From NCBI GenBank assembly GCA_963700285.1, contig CAVOXA010000010.1, positions 928,001-992,000 on the forward strand: a DNA stretch of 64,000 bases, given 5' to 3'. The position numbers and the translations under genes are program-made. This DNA comes from an uncultured Chloroflexia bacterium. GTDB lineage: Bacteria; Chloroflexota; Anaerolineae; JAAYZQ01. The notes below the pieces were generated by a model, which saw nothing but the letters and a program-made list of their open reading frames with translations, was not told the origin of the DNA and did no database searches. Below, in pieces: positions 1 through 9,802 of the stretch. The first letter of the stretch is position 1. Every line of letters starts with the position of its first letter.

Positions 1-1596
1 GACGCTGCGCACCACCAGGTTCCCCTCGTCGAGCAGCGCCAGCGCCCGGTGTGCCAGGTCGACGGCGCGCGGTATCTCGCCCCGCTGCGCGGCGACGTAG
101 GCGCGGATGGCGGCAATTTGGCCCGGTCGATCGTCCAACGGGCCAGCCTCCGCCCCGGATTCGGCAGCCTGGAGGCTGGGTTCAACCTCATCGATCTGGC
201 CAGAAAGGGCCAAAGCCCAGGCTTGGTAGATACAGAGCCGGGGCCGGGACCGGATGGCTCCGGCGGGCAGTGCTCCCAGCCAACCCAGGAGGGCGGTCAT
301 TTCGCCACACTTGAGCATCTGCAGGCCGTGTTCTTCCACCAGGTCCGCTGCCCGTTCGAAAGCCCTGGCGTCGAGGGCGTGGCCTATCGCCTCGACCAGG
401 AGACCCTGGGCCTCGAACCACAAGCTGGCCCGGCGGTGCAGTTCGTCCACCGGTGCGCACCCCAATTCGGTCCCCAGCCGCTCCAGCCGGCTGCGCAGCA
501 GGTCGGCAAAGAGGCGGTGGTAGCGGTACCAGCGTCGCACCCCATCCAGCGGGACGATGAATAAGTTGGCCCGCTCCAGTGCCTCCAGGGTCTCCTGCCC
601 ATGATGGGCCCATCATGGCCGATGGGGGTCATCCTGCAGGCCGTCTTGGCTGCCAACTGCGCCAGAGCAGACTGTCTCGCAGAGGGATCCTTCCAGGCGG
701 TCGAGGATGGAGGTCTGGAGCAGGAAGCGCTTGAGATTCAGCGGTTGCTGCGAAAAGACCTCCTCCACCAGGTAGTCCAGCACAAAGCGGTGGCTTCCGG
801 TGAACTCCTGAATGAAGCGCGGGATGTCGCCACCAGGTGCGGAGGCGGCCGCCTGGAGGGCGATGGTCGCCAGCTGCAGGCCGGTGATCCACCCCTCGGT
901 GCGCGCCTCTAGCGCGGCAATCTCCGCGGCCGAGACAGGCAGGCCCGCCACATCTCGGAGGAGGGCGGCAGCCTCGTCTTCGGTGAAGCGCAGGTCGGCG
1001 ACACGTAGCTCGGTTAGCAGGCCCCGGCCCCGCAACCGGGCTAGGGACAGGTTTGGGTCGGAGCGGCTGGCAATGACCAGGTGTGGCCCATGCGGTGGGG
1101 CTGGCAGGTGGTCGAGCAGAAAGGCCACGACCTCGTGGACCGCCCGGGCCTTGATAAGGTGATAGTCGTCAAGGACCAGGACGACGGGAGGGTCAGTTTC
1201 CTGGCTGGCTGCCGGAGCGGTCAGGTCACTGACCAGGGACGCCAACACCGACTCGACGGGCGGAGGCTGCGGGGAGCGGAGCGCTTCGAGCAGGCCCTCG
1301 CGAATGGGCAGGTGCAGGGTCTGGAGGGAAGCGCAGAGGTAGGCCAGGAACCGCGCCGGATCGTTGTCTCGTGCATCCAGCGATACCCAGGCCGTCCGCA
1401 GGGCCGGCATACCTTCACTCCGGCTCTGGATCCACTCGACCAGCAGGGTCGTCTTGCCAAAGCCAGCAGGGGCAGAGATGAGCGTAAGCTTGCGCCCCAG
1501 TCGCAGGCTCTCGTCCAGCCGCTGGATAAGGCGGGACCGGGGTACCAGGCCTGGTCTTGGCGGTGGGATATAGACTTTCGTCATGAGCAACGGCAC
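1..1596 (-). pseudogene. MalT-like (LuxR/STAND) ATP-dependent transcriptional regulator, interrupted by an in-frame TGA at 613-615; runs off the window edge
   Basis: TK..PP start, Walker A APAGFGKT, LVLDDYH, RTEGWI.GLQL, DYL.EEV. The same frame continues after the TGA with LERANLF..LD..RRWYRYH.LFADLL and stays open to position 1. Confidence 0.8.
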
Positions 1597-1707
1597 AGGT
1601 TCCCTCCGACGAGTTCGCCCCTGTTTGGCACATCGCCTGTAGAAGGCCCATTATACCATTCACAGACCACCCCGCAAAAACGTTCTGGAGCCAACGTCGC
1701 CCTGTTG

Positions 1708-2553
1708 CTATCCAGCGTAGCAGTAGAGACACTGGTGGCAGCGCCGCCACTGGCCGTACAGGCCCACGTCGAAATAGGCAGCACAGCCGCAGCCGCGCCG
1801 GCTGCCTGTTGTCTGCGCCCGACCGGGATCGCTGCCAGACAGGGCGACGAACCAGCCGTGGTCGCCACAGGCAGCAGCCTGCAGACCCGGCGCCTGCCCG
1901 GCCAACCCTGCTGACTCGGCGCAAGCGGCCATACTCAGCCCAAACTCACCCGCAGCTTCGACCAACCGGGCTGCGATCTCCAGCCGCCATGCCTCGTCGT
2001 AGCCCGGCATGCCTCCGTCCCAGCCTGGCAGCGCAGCCCCCAGACGGGCGTCGACCCGCTTGTAGCGGCCCGGCGCTGCGACAAAGTTCAGGATGCAACG
2101 CCTGATGCCCAGCGCTGCCGCCTGGCCGGCCAGGCGCCGGAAGCGGTCCAGCCGGTATACAGTGGGGATGATGGGGTCAAACCGCCATTTGACATGGTCC
2201 GGTCCACCGGCCAGCGCGATCAGGTCCGCCACCCCGGCAAAGGGTACAGCGGGCGCCAGGGGCTCCCAACGACTGCCGCCCAGGCCGGTAACCGTAACCT
2301 GGGCGGCCAGGGTTGTCCCCTGGCTCATGAGCCGCCGCAACAGGGGAGCCCCTCGTGCCAGGGTGCCGGCGGCATCCTTGGTCCAGAGTTGAATGATCCA
2401 GGGAGCGCCGTAGGCATTGACCACGGCGCGCAGGTTGTCCCAGACCCGTTCGATGCGCGCCGGGTCGGTGCGCCGCGTCACATCCAGGATCGTAGCCTCG
2501 CCCACCCGTTCTATGTAGCGGGGATAGTTTTCCAGCCGAAATACAAGGCTCAT
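1708..2553 (-). CDS. DUF1848-family protein
   Basis: WTK, WRFDPII, R.GCGC...DVG.Y...C..CLYCYA motifs. ATG 2553 preferred over the 2667 start. Confidence 0.7.
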   Translation of the reverse strand: MSLVFRLENYPRYIERVGEATILDVTRRTDPARIERVWDNLRAVVNAYGAPWIIQLWTKDAAGTLARGAPLLRRLMSQGTTLAAQVTVTGLGGSRWEPLAPAVPFAGVADLIALAGGPDHVKWRFDPIIPTVYRLDRFRRLAGQAAALGIRRCILNFVAAPGRYKRVDARLGAALPGWDGGMPGYDEAWRLEIAARLVEAAGEFGLSMAACAESAGLAGQAPGLQAAACGDHGWFVALSGSDPGRAQTTGSRRGCGCAAYFDVGLYGQWRRCHQCLYCYAG

Positions 2554-2660
2554 GCTGCCCGACTCCGGATTTGTTGCCACGAGATGGAATCGCCGATCCC
2601 TTCGATTGTAGCACAGGCACGATGCGCACGCAAAGAAGGCAGTCCGATCAGTGCCCCATT

Positions 2661-2689
2661 TTGACATGGTGCTGCGTTCGGGCTATAAT
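2661..2689 (+). promoter_or_regulatory. Consensus sigma70 promoter for the leader and ABC-F gene
   Basis: TTGACA (2661-2666), 17 bp spacer, TATAAT (2684-2689). Confidence 0.9.
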
Positions 2690-2743
2690 GGTGTTCGTGC
2701 CGGTACAATGTGCTGGCACACAATTCTGACAGGAGGTGAGCCG

Positions 2744-2800
2744 ATGTGCGACAACCGATCAAGCATGATCAGCGTCTGTAGTGCATCGTGTGATCGGTAA
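2744..2800 (+). CDS. Putative leader peptide MCDNRSSMISVCSASCDR (18 aa)
   Basis: Strong SD AGGAGGTGA at 2731-2739, ATG 2744, TAA 2800; lies between the promoter and the terminator. Confidence 0.65.
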   Translation: MCDNRSSMISVCSASCDR

Positions 2801-2831
2801 GACCCTTCTGACCGTTAGTACAAATCACCAG

Positions 2832-2863
2832 CCGTGGGTGCGCTCGACGCCCGCGGTTTTTTT
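2832..2863 (+). terminator. Intrinsic terminator/attenuator in the ABC-F 5' leader
   Basis: Stem CCGTGGGTG/CGCCCGCGG followed by T7. Confidence 0.8.
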
Positions 2864-2928
2864 GTTGGTCGTAGTGTCCTGGCCAACCTTGGGCGTGCAG
2901 CATCCCGGCGGTAGCTGGGAGCGAAAAG

Positions 2929-4593
2929 ATGCTTCAAGTTAGCAACCTATCCAAGACATTCGGCGACCATCTGGTCTTTGAAAAGGTATCCTTCACCATC
3001 AATCCTGGGGAGCGAGTGGCGCTCGTCGGGCCCAACGGTTGCGGCAAGACGACGCTGCTCAAGGTTATCCTGGGGGAGATCCAGCCCGACACCGGTAGCG
3101 CCAGGCTGTCCCCCGCCAGCGCGCAGGTAGGCTATCTGGCCCAGGCGCTGGAATATGAGCCCGGCCAAACGGTGGGCCAGGTGATGGTACGTGCCATTGG
3201 TGGCCTGACCGGGGCTGAACAGCGGTTAGAGTCCCTCCACGCCGAGATGGCCATGGCAGAGGGTGAGGTGCTGCGGTACTTGCTGGCCGAGTATGAACAG
3301 GCCCTCGCGGATTTCGAGCGTTTGGGCGGCTACACCATCCAGGCGCGCATGGATGCCGTGCTCGACGGGCTGGACCTCCGTGGGCTGGATCCGGCTGACC
3401 CGGTGGACATCCTCAGCGGCGGCCAAAAGACTCGGCTGGGGCTGGTTCGATTGCTCCTATCCAGCCCCGACTTGCTGCTCCTCGACGAGCCGACCAACCA
3501 CCTGGACATCGACGCGCTGGAGTGGCTGGAGGGCTTTTTGCAGCGTTATGCGGGCGCGGTACTCATCGTCTCCCACGACCGGGCCTTTTTGGACCGCACG
3601 GTGGGCGCCATCCTGGAACTGGACCCGCTCAAACACACCGTCACCGAGTATCCCGGCAACTATACTGCCTATGCCGGTGCCAAAGAGAGGGAGCTGGCCA
3701 AGCAGTGGGCCGCCTACAAAGACCAGCAGGCGTACATCGCCCACCTGGAGGGCACCATCGCAGCCAGGAAGGGCTACGCTCGTTCCATCGAGCTGGGGAC
3801 CATCGACTTTGCCCCGCGCAAGATTGCCAAGGGCATCGCCCGCAAGGCCACTGTCCAACAGCGGCGCATACAGCGCCTGCTTGACTCGGAGGCGCGCATC
3901 GACAGGCCGCAGCGATCTTGGCAGGTAAAACTCGAGTTCGCAGACACCCCGGCCAGTGGCCGCGACGTGCTCCATCTCGAAGGGCTGACCATGGGCTTTG
4001 GCCGCGAGTTGCTGTTCCGGGACGTGGATCTGACCCTGCGTGCGGGCGAGCGTATCGCCCTGGTGGGCCCCAACGGATCGGGCAAGACGACGCTGGCGCG
4101 CCTGATCCTGGGCGAGCTGGCGCCGGTGGCCGGTCGCGTGCGCCTGGGAGCCGGCGTCAAGCTGGGCTACTATGCCCAGGAGCAGGAGGACCTAAAACCC
4201 GCCAGCACGCCCTACGAGGCCATCCGGGCTGTGGCGCCCTTGACCGAGACCGAGGCCCGCAGCTTCCTCCATTACTTTCTATTCAGCAAGGATGAAGTGT
4301 TTGTTCCGGTGGGCAGCCTGAGTTTTGGCGAGCGGGCGCGGCTGGCCCTGGCCCGGCTGGTGGCCCAGGGCTGCAACTTTCTCCTGTTGGACGAGCCCAT
4401 CAACCACCTGGACATCCCCTCGCGCAGCCGCTTTGAGCAGGCTATGATCGCCTTTCAGGGCACGGTACTGGCCATCGTCCACGACCGGTACTTCATCGAG
4501 CGCTTTGCCACCAGCTTGTGGGCCATCGAAGGGAAGACGATCCGTGCCTATGGCAGCCTGGAGGATATGCGGCGGGTTCGGCAGCGGAGATAG
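2929..4593 (+). CDS. ABC-F family ribosome-associated ATPase
   Basis: Two NBDs (GPNGCGKT, LSGGQ, LLLDEPTNHLD; GPNGSGKT, LSFGE, LLLDEPINHLD), no TM segments, extended inter-domain linker. Confidence 0.95.
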   Translation: MLQVSNLSKTFGDHLVFEKVSFTINPGERVALVGPNGCGKTTLLKVILGEIQPDTGSARLSPASAQVGYLAQALEYEPGQTVGQVMVRAIGGLTGAEQRLESLHAEMAMAEGEVLRYLLAEYEQALADFERLGGYTIQARMDAVLDGLDLRGLDPADPVDILSGGQKTRLGLVRLLLSSPDLLLLDEPTNHLDIDALEWLEGFLQRYAGAVLIVSHDRAFLDRTVGAILELDPLKHTVTEYPGNYTAYAGAKERELAKQWAAYKDQQAYIAHLEGTIAARKGYARSIELGTIDFAPRKIAKGIARKATVQQRRIQRLLDSEARIDRPQRSWQVKLEFADTPASGRDVLHLEGLTMGFGRELLFRDVDLTLRAGERIALVGPNGSGKTTLARLILGELAPVAGRVRLGAGVKLGYYAQEQEDLKPASTPYEAIRAVAPLTETEARSFLHYFLFSKDEVFVPVGSLSFGERARLALARLVAQGCNFLLLDEPINHLDIPSRSRFEQAMIAFQGTVLAIVHDRYFIERFATSLWAIEGKTIRAYGSLEDMRRVRQRR

Positions 4594-4649
4594 AAGACCG
4601 CGCAGTGGCTGCCGCCTTCCCCTCCTCGGCCAGAATCGGGAACTGAGGC

Positions 4650-4678
4650 TTGTCTTTATGTACAATCTAGGCTACAAT
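4650..4678 (+). promoter_or_regulatory. Putative sigma70 promoter
   Basis: TTGTCT, 17 bp, TACAAT. Confidence 0.5.
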
Positions 4679-4868
4679 AGGGGTGCGCACAGCGTCCTAC
4701 ATGGTGACCGCGTCAGCCGGACTGGTGTGTAAGTATGTTCTTGCTCTTCCTCCCTAGCAGCGTTCTGGAGGTACTAGAGATGACTTTGAATATCGCTTCC
4801 CGCCAAAACCAACTTTCGACTCTGATGGGACGACCTCATAGATCACTAGACAAAGGAGGTAGGTATTC

Positions 4869-5711
4869 ATGAAAGCGCGGTTACTCCATCTTCTGCCATG
4901 GATTTGTGTGTGGTGCTTGCTGATTGCTGCGAGTCCTACCAGCGTAGGGACGGCTCAGACGACGAGTGTGGCTGGGCGGCCAGCGGTGCATAGCTATGCT
5001 GAAGAGTTAGAATATGTCGGTCAGGTTGGTGGTGTAAACTTGGCAGTCGCCGTGCAAGGAGCCTATGCCTACGTTGGAGAAGGTCCGCGGGTAACCGTAC
5101 TGGACATCTCAAATCCAGCCTCACCAATGCTGGTAGGCAAAACGCCTCCGTTTTCTGATATTGTGCGGGACATTGGCGTCGCCGGAGACCATGTTTACGT
5201 TGCCGCTGGTGCTAGCGGACTGCATGTCGTGGACGTGTCGATGCCATCGGACCCCACCGTAGTGGGTACCTACGATAGCCCGGGGCAGGCCCGAGGCGTG
5301 GCAGTAGTGGACGCTCATGCCTACATAGCTGACGAGCTGCAAGGAATGCGGGTGGTGGACGTCTCGACACCGTCGGCCCCCAAAGAAGTAGGCGCGTACG
5401 AGACGCTCGGGGGCGTTTGGAGCTTGGCCATAGATGAAGGGATTGCCTGCGTGGTTGGTTTAGGCCCTTACCTGCGGGTGGTGGACGTCTCCACGCCGTC
5501 GGCGCCCAAGGAAATAAGCGCTTACGAGACACCTAGCGGGCCTATCCACAGTCTGGTCATGGCTGAAGGGTTCGTCTACGGGGGGGGCTGGGACGATGGC
5601 ATGGTGGTGGTAGATGTCTCGACGCCGGGGAAAAGGATACCAAACAGTTCTGATGCTTCCAGAAGACTAGGTCATGGGCTGGTTTGGGCAAAAGTCCCCA
5701 AGATGGTATAA
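4869..5711 (+). CDS. Secreted LVIVD-repeat beta-propeller protein, probably C-terminally truncated
   Basis: Signal peptide; about 5 repeats of the type YVA.G..GL.VVDVS.PS.P..VG; the repeat pattern stops abruptly near 5625. Confidence 0.75.
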   Translation: MKARLLHLLPWICVWCLLIAASPTSVGTAQTTSVAGRPAVHSYAEELEYVGQVGGVNLAVAVQGAYAYVGEGPRVTVLDISNPASPMLVGKTPPFSDIVRDIGVAGDHVYVAAGASGLHVVDVSMPSDPTVVGTYDSPGQARGVAVVDAHAYIADELQGMRVVDVSTPSAPKEVGAYETLGGVWSLAIDEGIACVVGLGPYLRVVDVSTPSAPKEISAYETPSGPIHSLVMAEGFVYGGGWDDGMVVVDVSTPGKRIPNSSDASRRLGHGLVWAKVPKMV

Positions 5712-5747
5712 TGCTCCTCAACTTGACTCAAGGAGCCAACTAACCGG

Positions 5748-6608
5748 ATGGATCTGGAGCAAATACTTAATACAATCCAGCCATTTCTCGTCATGTTTGT
5801 GGCACTGACCGCCGCTTTCCTGACGGCGATATGGATCAGCGCCATCATTTGGACCTTCCGCGACATCCGTGCTCGCACACGCGACGTCTTTGCCCAGGTT
5901 CTGGCCACCCTGATGGTTTTAATCTTTTTCCCCCTCTTCCCCCTACCTGGCATGATCCTGTACTTCATCCTCCGTCCCCGCGAAACGCTGGCCGAGATCT
6001 ATGAGCGCACGCTGGAGGAGGAAGCCTTGCTGCAGGGTATCGAGGAACGGCTGGCTTGCCCGAGCTGCAACCGGCGCATCGACGAGGACTATGTCGTCTG
6101 TCCCGCCTGCCATACCCGGCTGAAGAAGGGCTGCACCTCCTGCGGCCGGCTGCTCCACCTGAGCTGGACTGTCTGTGCCTACTGTGGTGCAGCGCAGACC
6201 ATGACCCAAACGGTGATCCCACCCCGGCCGGTGGCCATGGCCATAGAGTCCCCGGCTGACGCGCCGGCGCTGCCCGAGCCTGAGGGTGGGGCTCAGGGTG
6301 AAGTTGAGACCGGCGACAACTCTGATCTGACGGCCGAAGCGGAGGCTGCGACTCCTGAACTAGAGGATGAACCAGGACTAGAAGCTGAAGCTGGGCAATC
6401 TGCCGGACCTGATTCTGAGCTAGGATCAGGGGCTGAGGCTGATGTTGAGGCTGGGCCAGAGCCTGTGGAGGAAGTCGAGTCCGATCTTGGGGCTGAGCCG
6501 GAGCCAACGCTTGAAGCGGACACGGCCAGTCTCGAACCAGAATTCGAGCTAGAGATAGACGCCGAGCCGGCAGCGGACGCTGAGATAGTCGTTCCCGAAG
6601 AAGGTTAG
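5748..6608 (+). CDS. Membrane protein with double zinc ribbon and acidic low-complexity tail
   Basis: Two N-terminal TM helices, four CxxC pairs, E/D/P/A-rich C-terminus. Confidence 0.85.
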   Translation: MDLEQILNTIQPFLVMFVALTAAFLTAIWISAIIWTFRDIRARTRDVFAQVLATLMVLIFFPLFPLPGMILYFILRPRETLAEIYERTLEEEALLQGIEERLACPSCNRRIDEDYVVCPACHTRLKKGCTSCGRLLHLSWTVCAYCGAAQTMTQTVIPPRPVAMAIESPADAPALPEPEGGAQGEVETGDNSDLTAEAEAATPELEDEPGLEAEAGQSAGPDSELGSGAEADVEAGPEPVEEVESDLGAEPEPTLEADTASLEPEFELEIDAEPAADAEIVVPEEG

Positions 6609-8116
6609 GTCCTTCGAGCCCTGCGTCGACGGAGGGCAGTTCGCAGCACTTTGTGTTCGCTCCAGGGTGTCTCTAGGGTGCCATAGCACATTGATTGTTC
6701 GTGCCCTTTGCCGCAAGCGATGACCAGGTCGCCGGGCTGGGCCAAGTCCACGGCAAACTGGATCGCCTCAGCCCGATCATCCACGCAAAAGTAGCCCTGC
6801 CCCTTTACGGCGCCCGCCTTTTCCGCTCCGCGGGCCATCTCGGCCAGGATCGACGCCAGCGGCTCGGTGCGGGGATCCTCGGCGGTAAGAACCGTTACAT
6901 CGGCCAGCCGGCCACTGATCTCGCCCATCCACGCTCGTTTGGCCACGTCGCGCTCCCCGGCGCAACCAAAGACCGCGATAACCCGCCCGCTGGTCAAGGT
7001 CCGGGCCGTCTCCAGCGCTCGCTCCAGCGCGTTGGGTGTGTGGGCAAAGTCGATGATGGCCAGGAAATCCTGGCCTTCGTCCACGCGCTCCATACGCCCG
7101 ACGATGCCCTTGACGGCCCATACCCCTCGTTGGATGGCGTCTATGGGCACGCCCAGGGCCAGCGCCGCGCTGGTGGCGGCCAGGATGTTGGAGACGTTAA
7201 AGTCGCCCAGCAACGCCGTCCGCAGTTCAAAATCCTCCTCCGGGGATTGTACTGCAAACCGGGTATCGGTAGCCGAACGCCGGAGGCCAGTGGCCACGAT
7301 ATCAACGTCTCCTTCTATGCTGTAGGCCCATTGCCGGTCAGCCGGGATGGATCGCAGGTAGCGGTAGGAATCATCGTCAGCATTCAGCACCGCGACCTTG
7401 GGCACGCCTGGCTTGCGATATCCCGCCATCAGGTGCCGGAAGAGCATTGCTTTGGCTTCCCTGTAGGCCTCTCGTGTGCCGTGAAAGTACAGGTGGTCGT
7501 GGGCGACGTTGGTGATTGCAGCCAGGTCGAAATCACAGGCGGTCATGCGATGCTGGGCCAGGCCTTCCGATGTCGCCTCTAGCACGGCGATCTCCATCCC
7601 GGCACTGACCATCTCGGCCAGATAGCTCTGTACGTCGGGGGCATCGGGGGTCGTCGTGTGCAACCCGGTGTCCATCACCCGATCGCCGATGGCGGCATTC
7701 ACGGTGGTAACCAAGCCTGCCCGCAGGCCGGCGGCGGTGAGAATACTGTGAAGCAGGTTGCAGGTGGTGGTCTTGCCATCGGTGCCGGTCACTCCCACCA
7801 CCGTGAGTTTGCGAGCGGGAAAGCCGTACCAGGCCGCCGAGAGATGGGCCAGGGCCTCCCGGCCGTTGGGGACAACGACGAAGGGGGCGCCCAGCCCTCT
7901 AATCTTTCTTTCGGCCACTACTGCGACGGCGCCCTTCTCCAGGGCCTGGGGGACAAAGTCATGGCCATCGACCGCTACGCCGGGATAGGCGACGAACAGG
8001 CTGCCTTCCATCACCTGTCGCGAATCACAGGTGATGGACGCGATGGAGACAGCCGTATCTCCCCAGGCCTTGGCTCGGGGAAGAGCCCTAATCAGATCTG
8101 CCAGGTGAACTGCCAC
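6605..8116 (-). CDS. murE: UDP-N-acetylmuramoyl-L-alanyl-D-glutamate--diamino acid ligase
   Basis: DSRQV, GVTGTDGKTT, HTTTP, DFAHTP, AEDPR, GKGHE. GTG 8116 has a GGAG SD. Confidence 0.95.
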   Translation of the reverse strand: MAVHLADLIRALPRAKAWGDTAVSIASITCDSRQVMEGSLFVAYPGVAVDGHDFVPQALEKGAVAVVAERKIRGLGAPFVVVPNGREALAHLSAAWYGFPARKLTVVGVTGTDGKTTTCNLLHSILTAAGLRAGLVTTVNAAIGDRVMDTGLHTTTPDAPDVQSYLAEMVSAGMEIAVLEATSEGLAQHRMTACDFDLAAITNVAHDHLYFHGTREAYREAKAMLFRHLMAGYRKPGVPKVAVLNADDDSYRYLRSIPADRQWAYSIEGDVDIVATGLRRSATDTRFAVQSPEEDFELRTALLGDFNVSNILAATSAALALGVPIDAIQRGVWAVKGIVGRMERVDEGQDFLAIIDFAHTPNALERALETARTLTSGRVIAVFGCAGERDVAKRAWMGEISGRLADVTVLTAEDPRTEPLASILAEMARGAEKAGAVKGQGYFCVDDRAEAIQFAVDLAQPGDLVIACGKGHEQSMCYGTLETPWSEHKVLRTALRRRRARRT

Positions 8117-8308
8117 GTTCGCTCCGACGCCATAGGATGAAAGAGAACACATCACTCAGATGGCAACTGCAGGTGTCAATAGGCTAAACAGTATAATCCA
8201 AAGAGATTCATCCGTCAAAAGCCTGGCCAATACCTGAAATGGCCTTGTTTGCATGGCGGGGCTGTTCGTGTTAGAATGAGATATGTTGATTCCCTGTGAG
8301 GTACTGCT

Positions 8309-8839
8309 ATGAACACGGTTTTCTTTGATCTCGAAACCCAGCGCAGTTTCGATGAGGTGGGAGGGCGGCGAAACATTCGCAAACTGGGATTCTCGGTGGC
8401 GGTTACCTATTCCTCAGCCGATGGCCAGTTCCACCGCTATACGGAGGAGACCGTTGCTGATCTGATCGCCGAGCTGCAGGCCGCAGATCTGGTGGTAGGC
8501 TTTAACGTACTGAGCTTTGACTATGAAGTACTCAGAGCTTACACCGACAAGACCTTTGACGACATCGACACGGTAGACATGCTGGACCACATCTACAAGC
8601 GGCTGGGGTTCCGCGTTAGCCTGGACAGCCTGGCGGGGGCCACCCTGGGTACGGCCAAGTCAGCCGACGGCCTGCAGGCGGTACGCTGGTACAAAGAGGG
8701 GCGTATTGAGGAGATCCTGGACTACTGCCAGCAGGACGTAGAGGTCACGCGCCAGTTGTACGAGTACGGCAAGGAGCAAAAGCACCTCAAGTACCGGGAT
8801 CGGAACTACCGGACCAAAATGGTGCCGGTGAGCTGGTAG
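8309..8839 (+). CDS. RNase H-like (DEDD/YprB-type) exonuclease domain protein
   Basis: FFDLETQ, VGFN..FD, YC..DV motifs. Confidence 0.85.
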   Translation: MNTVFFDLETQRSFDEVGGRRNIRKLGFSVAVTYSSADGQFHRYTEETVADLIAELQAADLVVGFNVLSFDYEVLRAYTDKTFDDIDTVDMLDHIYKRLGFRVSLDSLAGATLGTAKSADGLQAVRWYKEGRIEEILDYCQQDVEVTRQLYEYGKEQKHLKYRDRNYRTKMVPVSW

Positions 8840-8845
8840 GAGGCC

Positions 8846-9790
8846 ATGGCTGAGCGCTTTGAAGCCGCCTATCTCCGGCTGCTGCACTCCGGCGAGCTTG
8901 AACGTCGGGTGGCTCGGGCCTACAGCCGCCTGGAAGCCTGTGACATCTGCGCCCGGGAGTGCGGCGTCAACCGCAGGGAGAGCGCCGAGGGCGCGGGCTG
9001 CCATACCGGCGAGCGGGCCTTCGTCTCCAGCGCTGGCCCCCATTTCGGCGAAGAGGATCCCCTCGTCGGCAGAGGCGGGTCGGGTACGATCTTTTTTTCC
9101 TGGTGCAACCTGCAGTGCCTGTATTGCCAGAACGCAGAGATCAGCCAGTTGGGCCATGGCCACGAGGTGGAGCCGGAGGACTTGGCCCGAATGATGCTGG
9201 AATTGCAGGACCAGGGCTGCCACAACATCAATTTCGTCTCGCCCAGCCACGTTGTGCCCCAGATCTTGGCCGGGCTGCTCATCGCCGCCCAGGCGGGCTT
9301 GTGCCTGCCCCTGGTCTACAATACCGGCGGCTATGATTCCCTAAAGACGCTGGCCCTGCTGGATGGTGTGGTGGACATCTATATGCCCGACATGAAATAC
9401 GCGGACGCCAGTGTGGCGCAGCGCTTTTCCAAGATCAGCGGCTATCCGGCGGTAAACCAGGCTGCTGTGAAAGAGATGTACCGCCAGGTTGGCGACCTGA
9501 TCACAGATGAACGGGGCGTAGCCCAGCGAGGGCTCCTGGTCCGCCACCTGGTCCTGCCCGACCAGTTGGCCGGTACGGCCAAGATCGTGGCTTTTCTGCG
9601 CGACAAAATCTCGCCCAGCACGTATATCAACGTGATGGCCCAGTACCGGCCCTGCCATCGTGCTCACCAACTGCAGCCGCTGGACCGGCGACTCACCGAC
9701 AAAGAGTATTCTGACGCGGTACGCTTGGCTGAGGATGCTGGTCTGCGTTTGGATCAGCGCCGTGCGCGCCTGATCTGGGCCTGGCAGTAA
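8846..9790 (+). CDS. PflX-like radical SAM protein
   Basis: CxxCxxxC N-terminal cluster, HFGEE, GSGTIFF, CNLQCLYCQN, YMPDMKY, VRHLVLP. Confidence 0.9.
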   Translation: MAERFEAAYLRLLHSGELERRVARAYSRLEACDICARECGVNRRESAEGAGCHTGERAFVSSAGPHFGEEDPLVGRGGSGTIFFSWCNLQCLYCQNAEISQLGHGHEVEPEDLARMMLELQDQGCHNINFVSPSHVVPQILAGLLIAAQAGLCLPLVYNTGGYDSLKTLALLDGVVDIYMPDMKYADASVAQRFSKISGYPAVNQAAVKEMYRQVGDLITDERGVAQRGLLVRHLVLPDQLAGTAKIVAFLRDKISPSTYINVMAQYRPCHRAHQLQPLDRRLTDKEYSDAVRLAEDAGLRLDQRRARLIWAWQ

Positions 9791-9802
9791 GAAGGAGAAC
9801 CC

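Noticed and set aside
613-615. Selenocysteine or genome-wide TGA recoding
   Set aside because: The position is in a variable loop rather than a Cys site, no convincing SECIS follows, and TGA ends other genes normally (GcvT family, mvaA, glpK).
6250-6608. Acidic repeat tail as a diversity-generating or VNTR locus
   Set aside because: Low-complexity protein sequence with no exact DNA tandem unit or template repeat.
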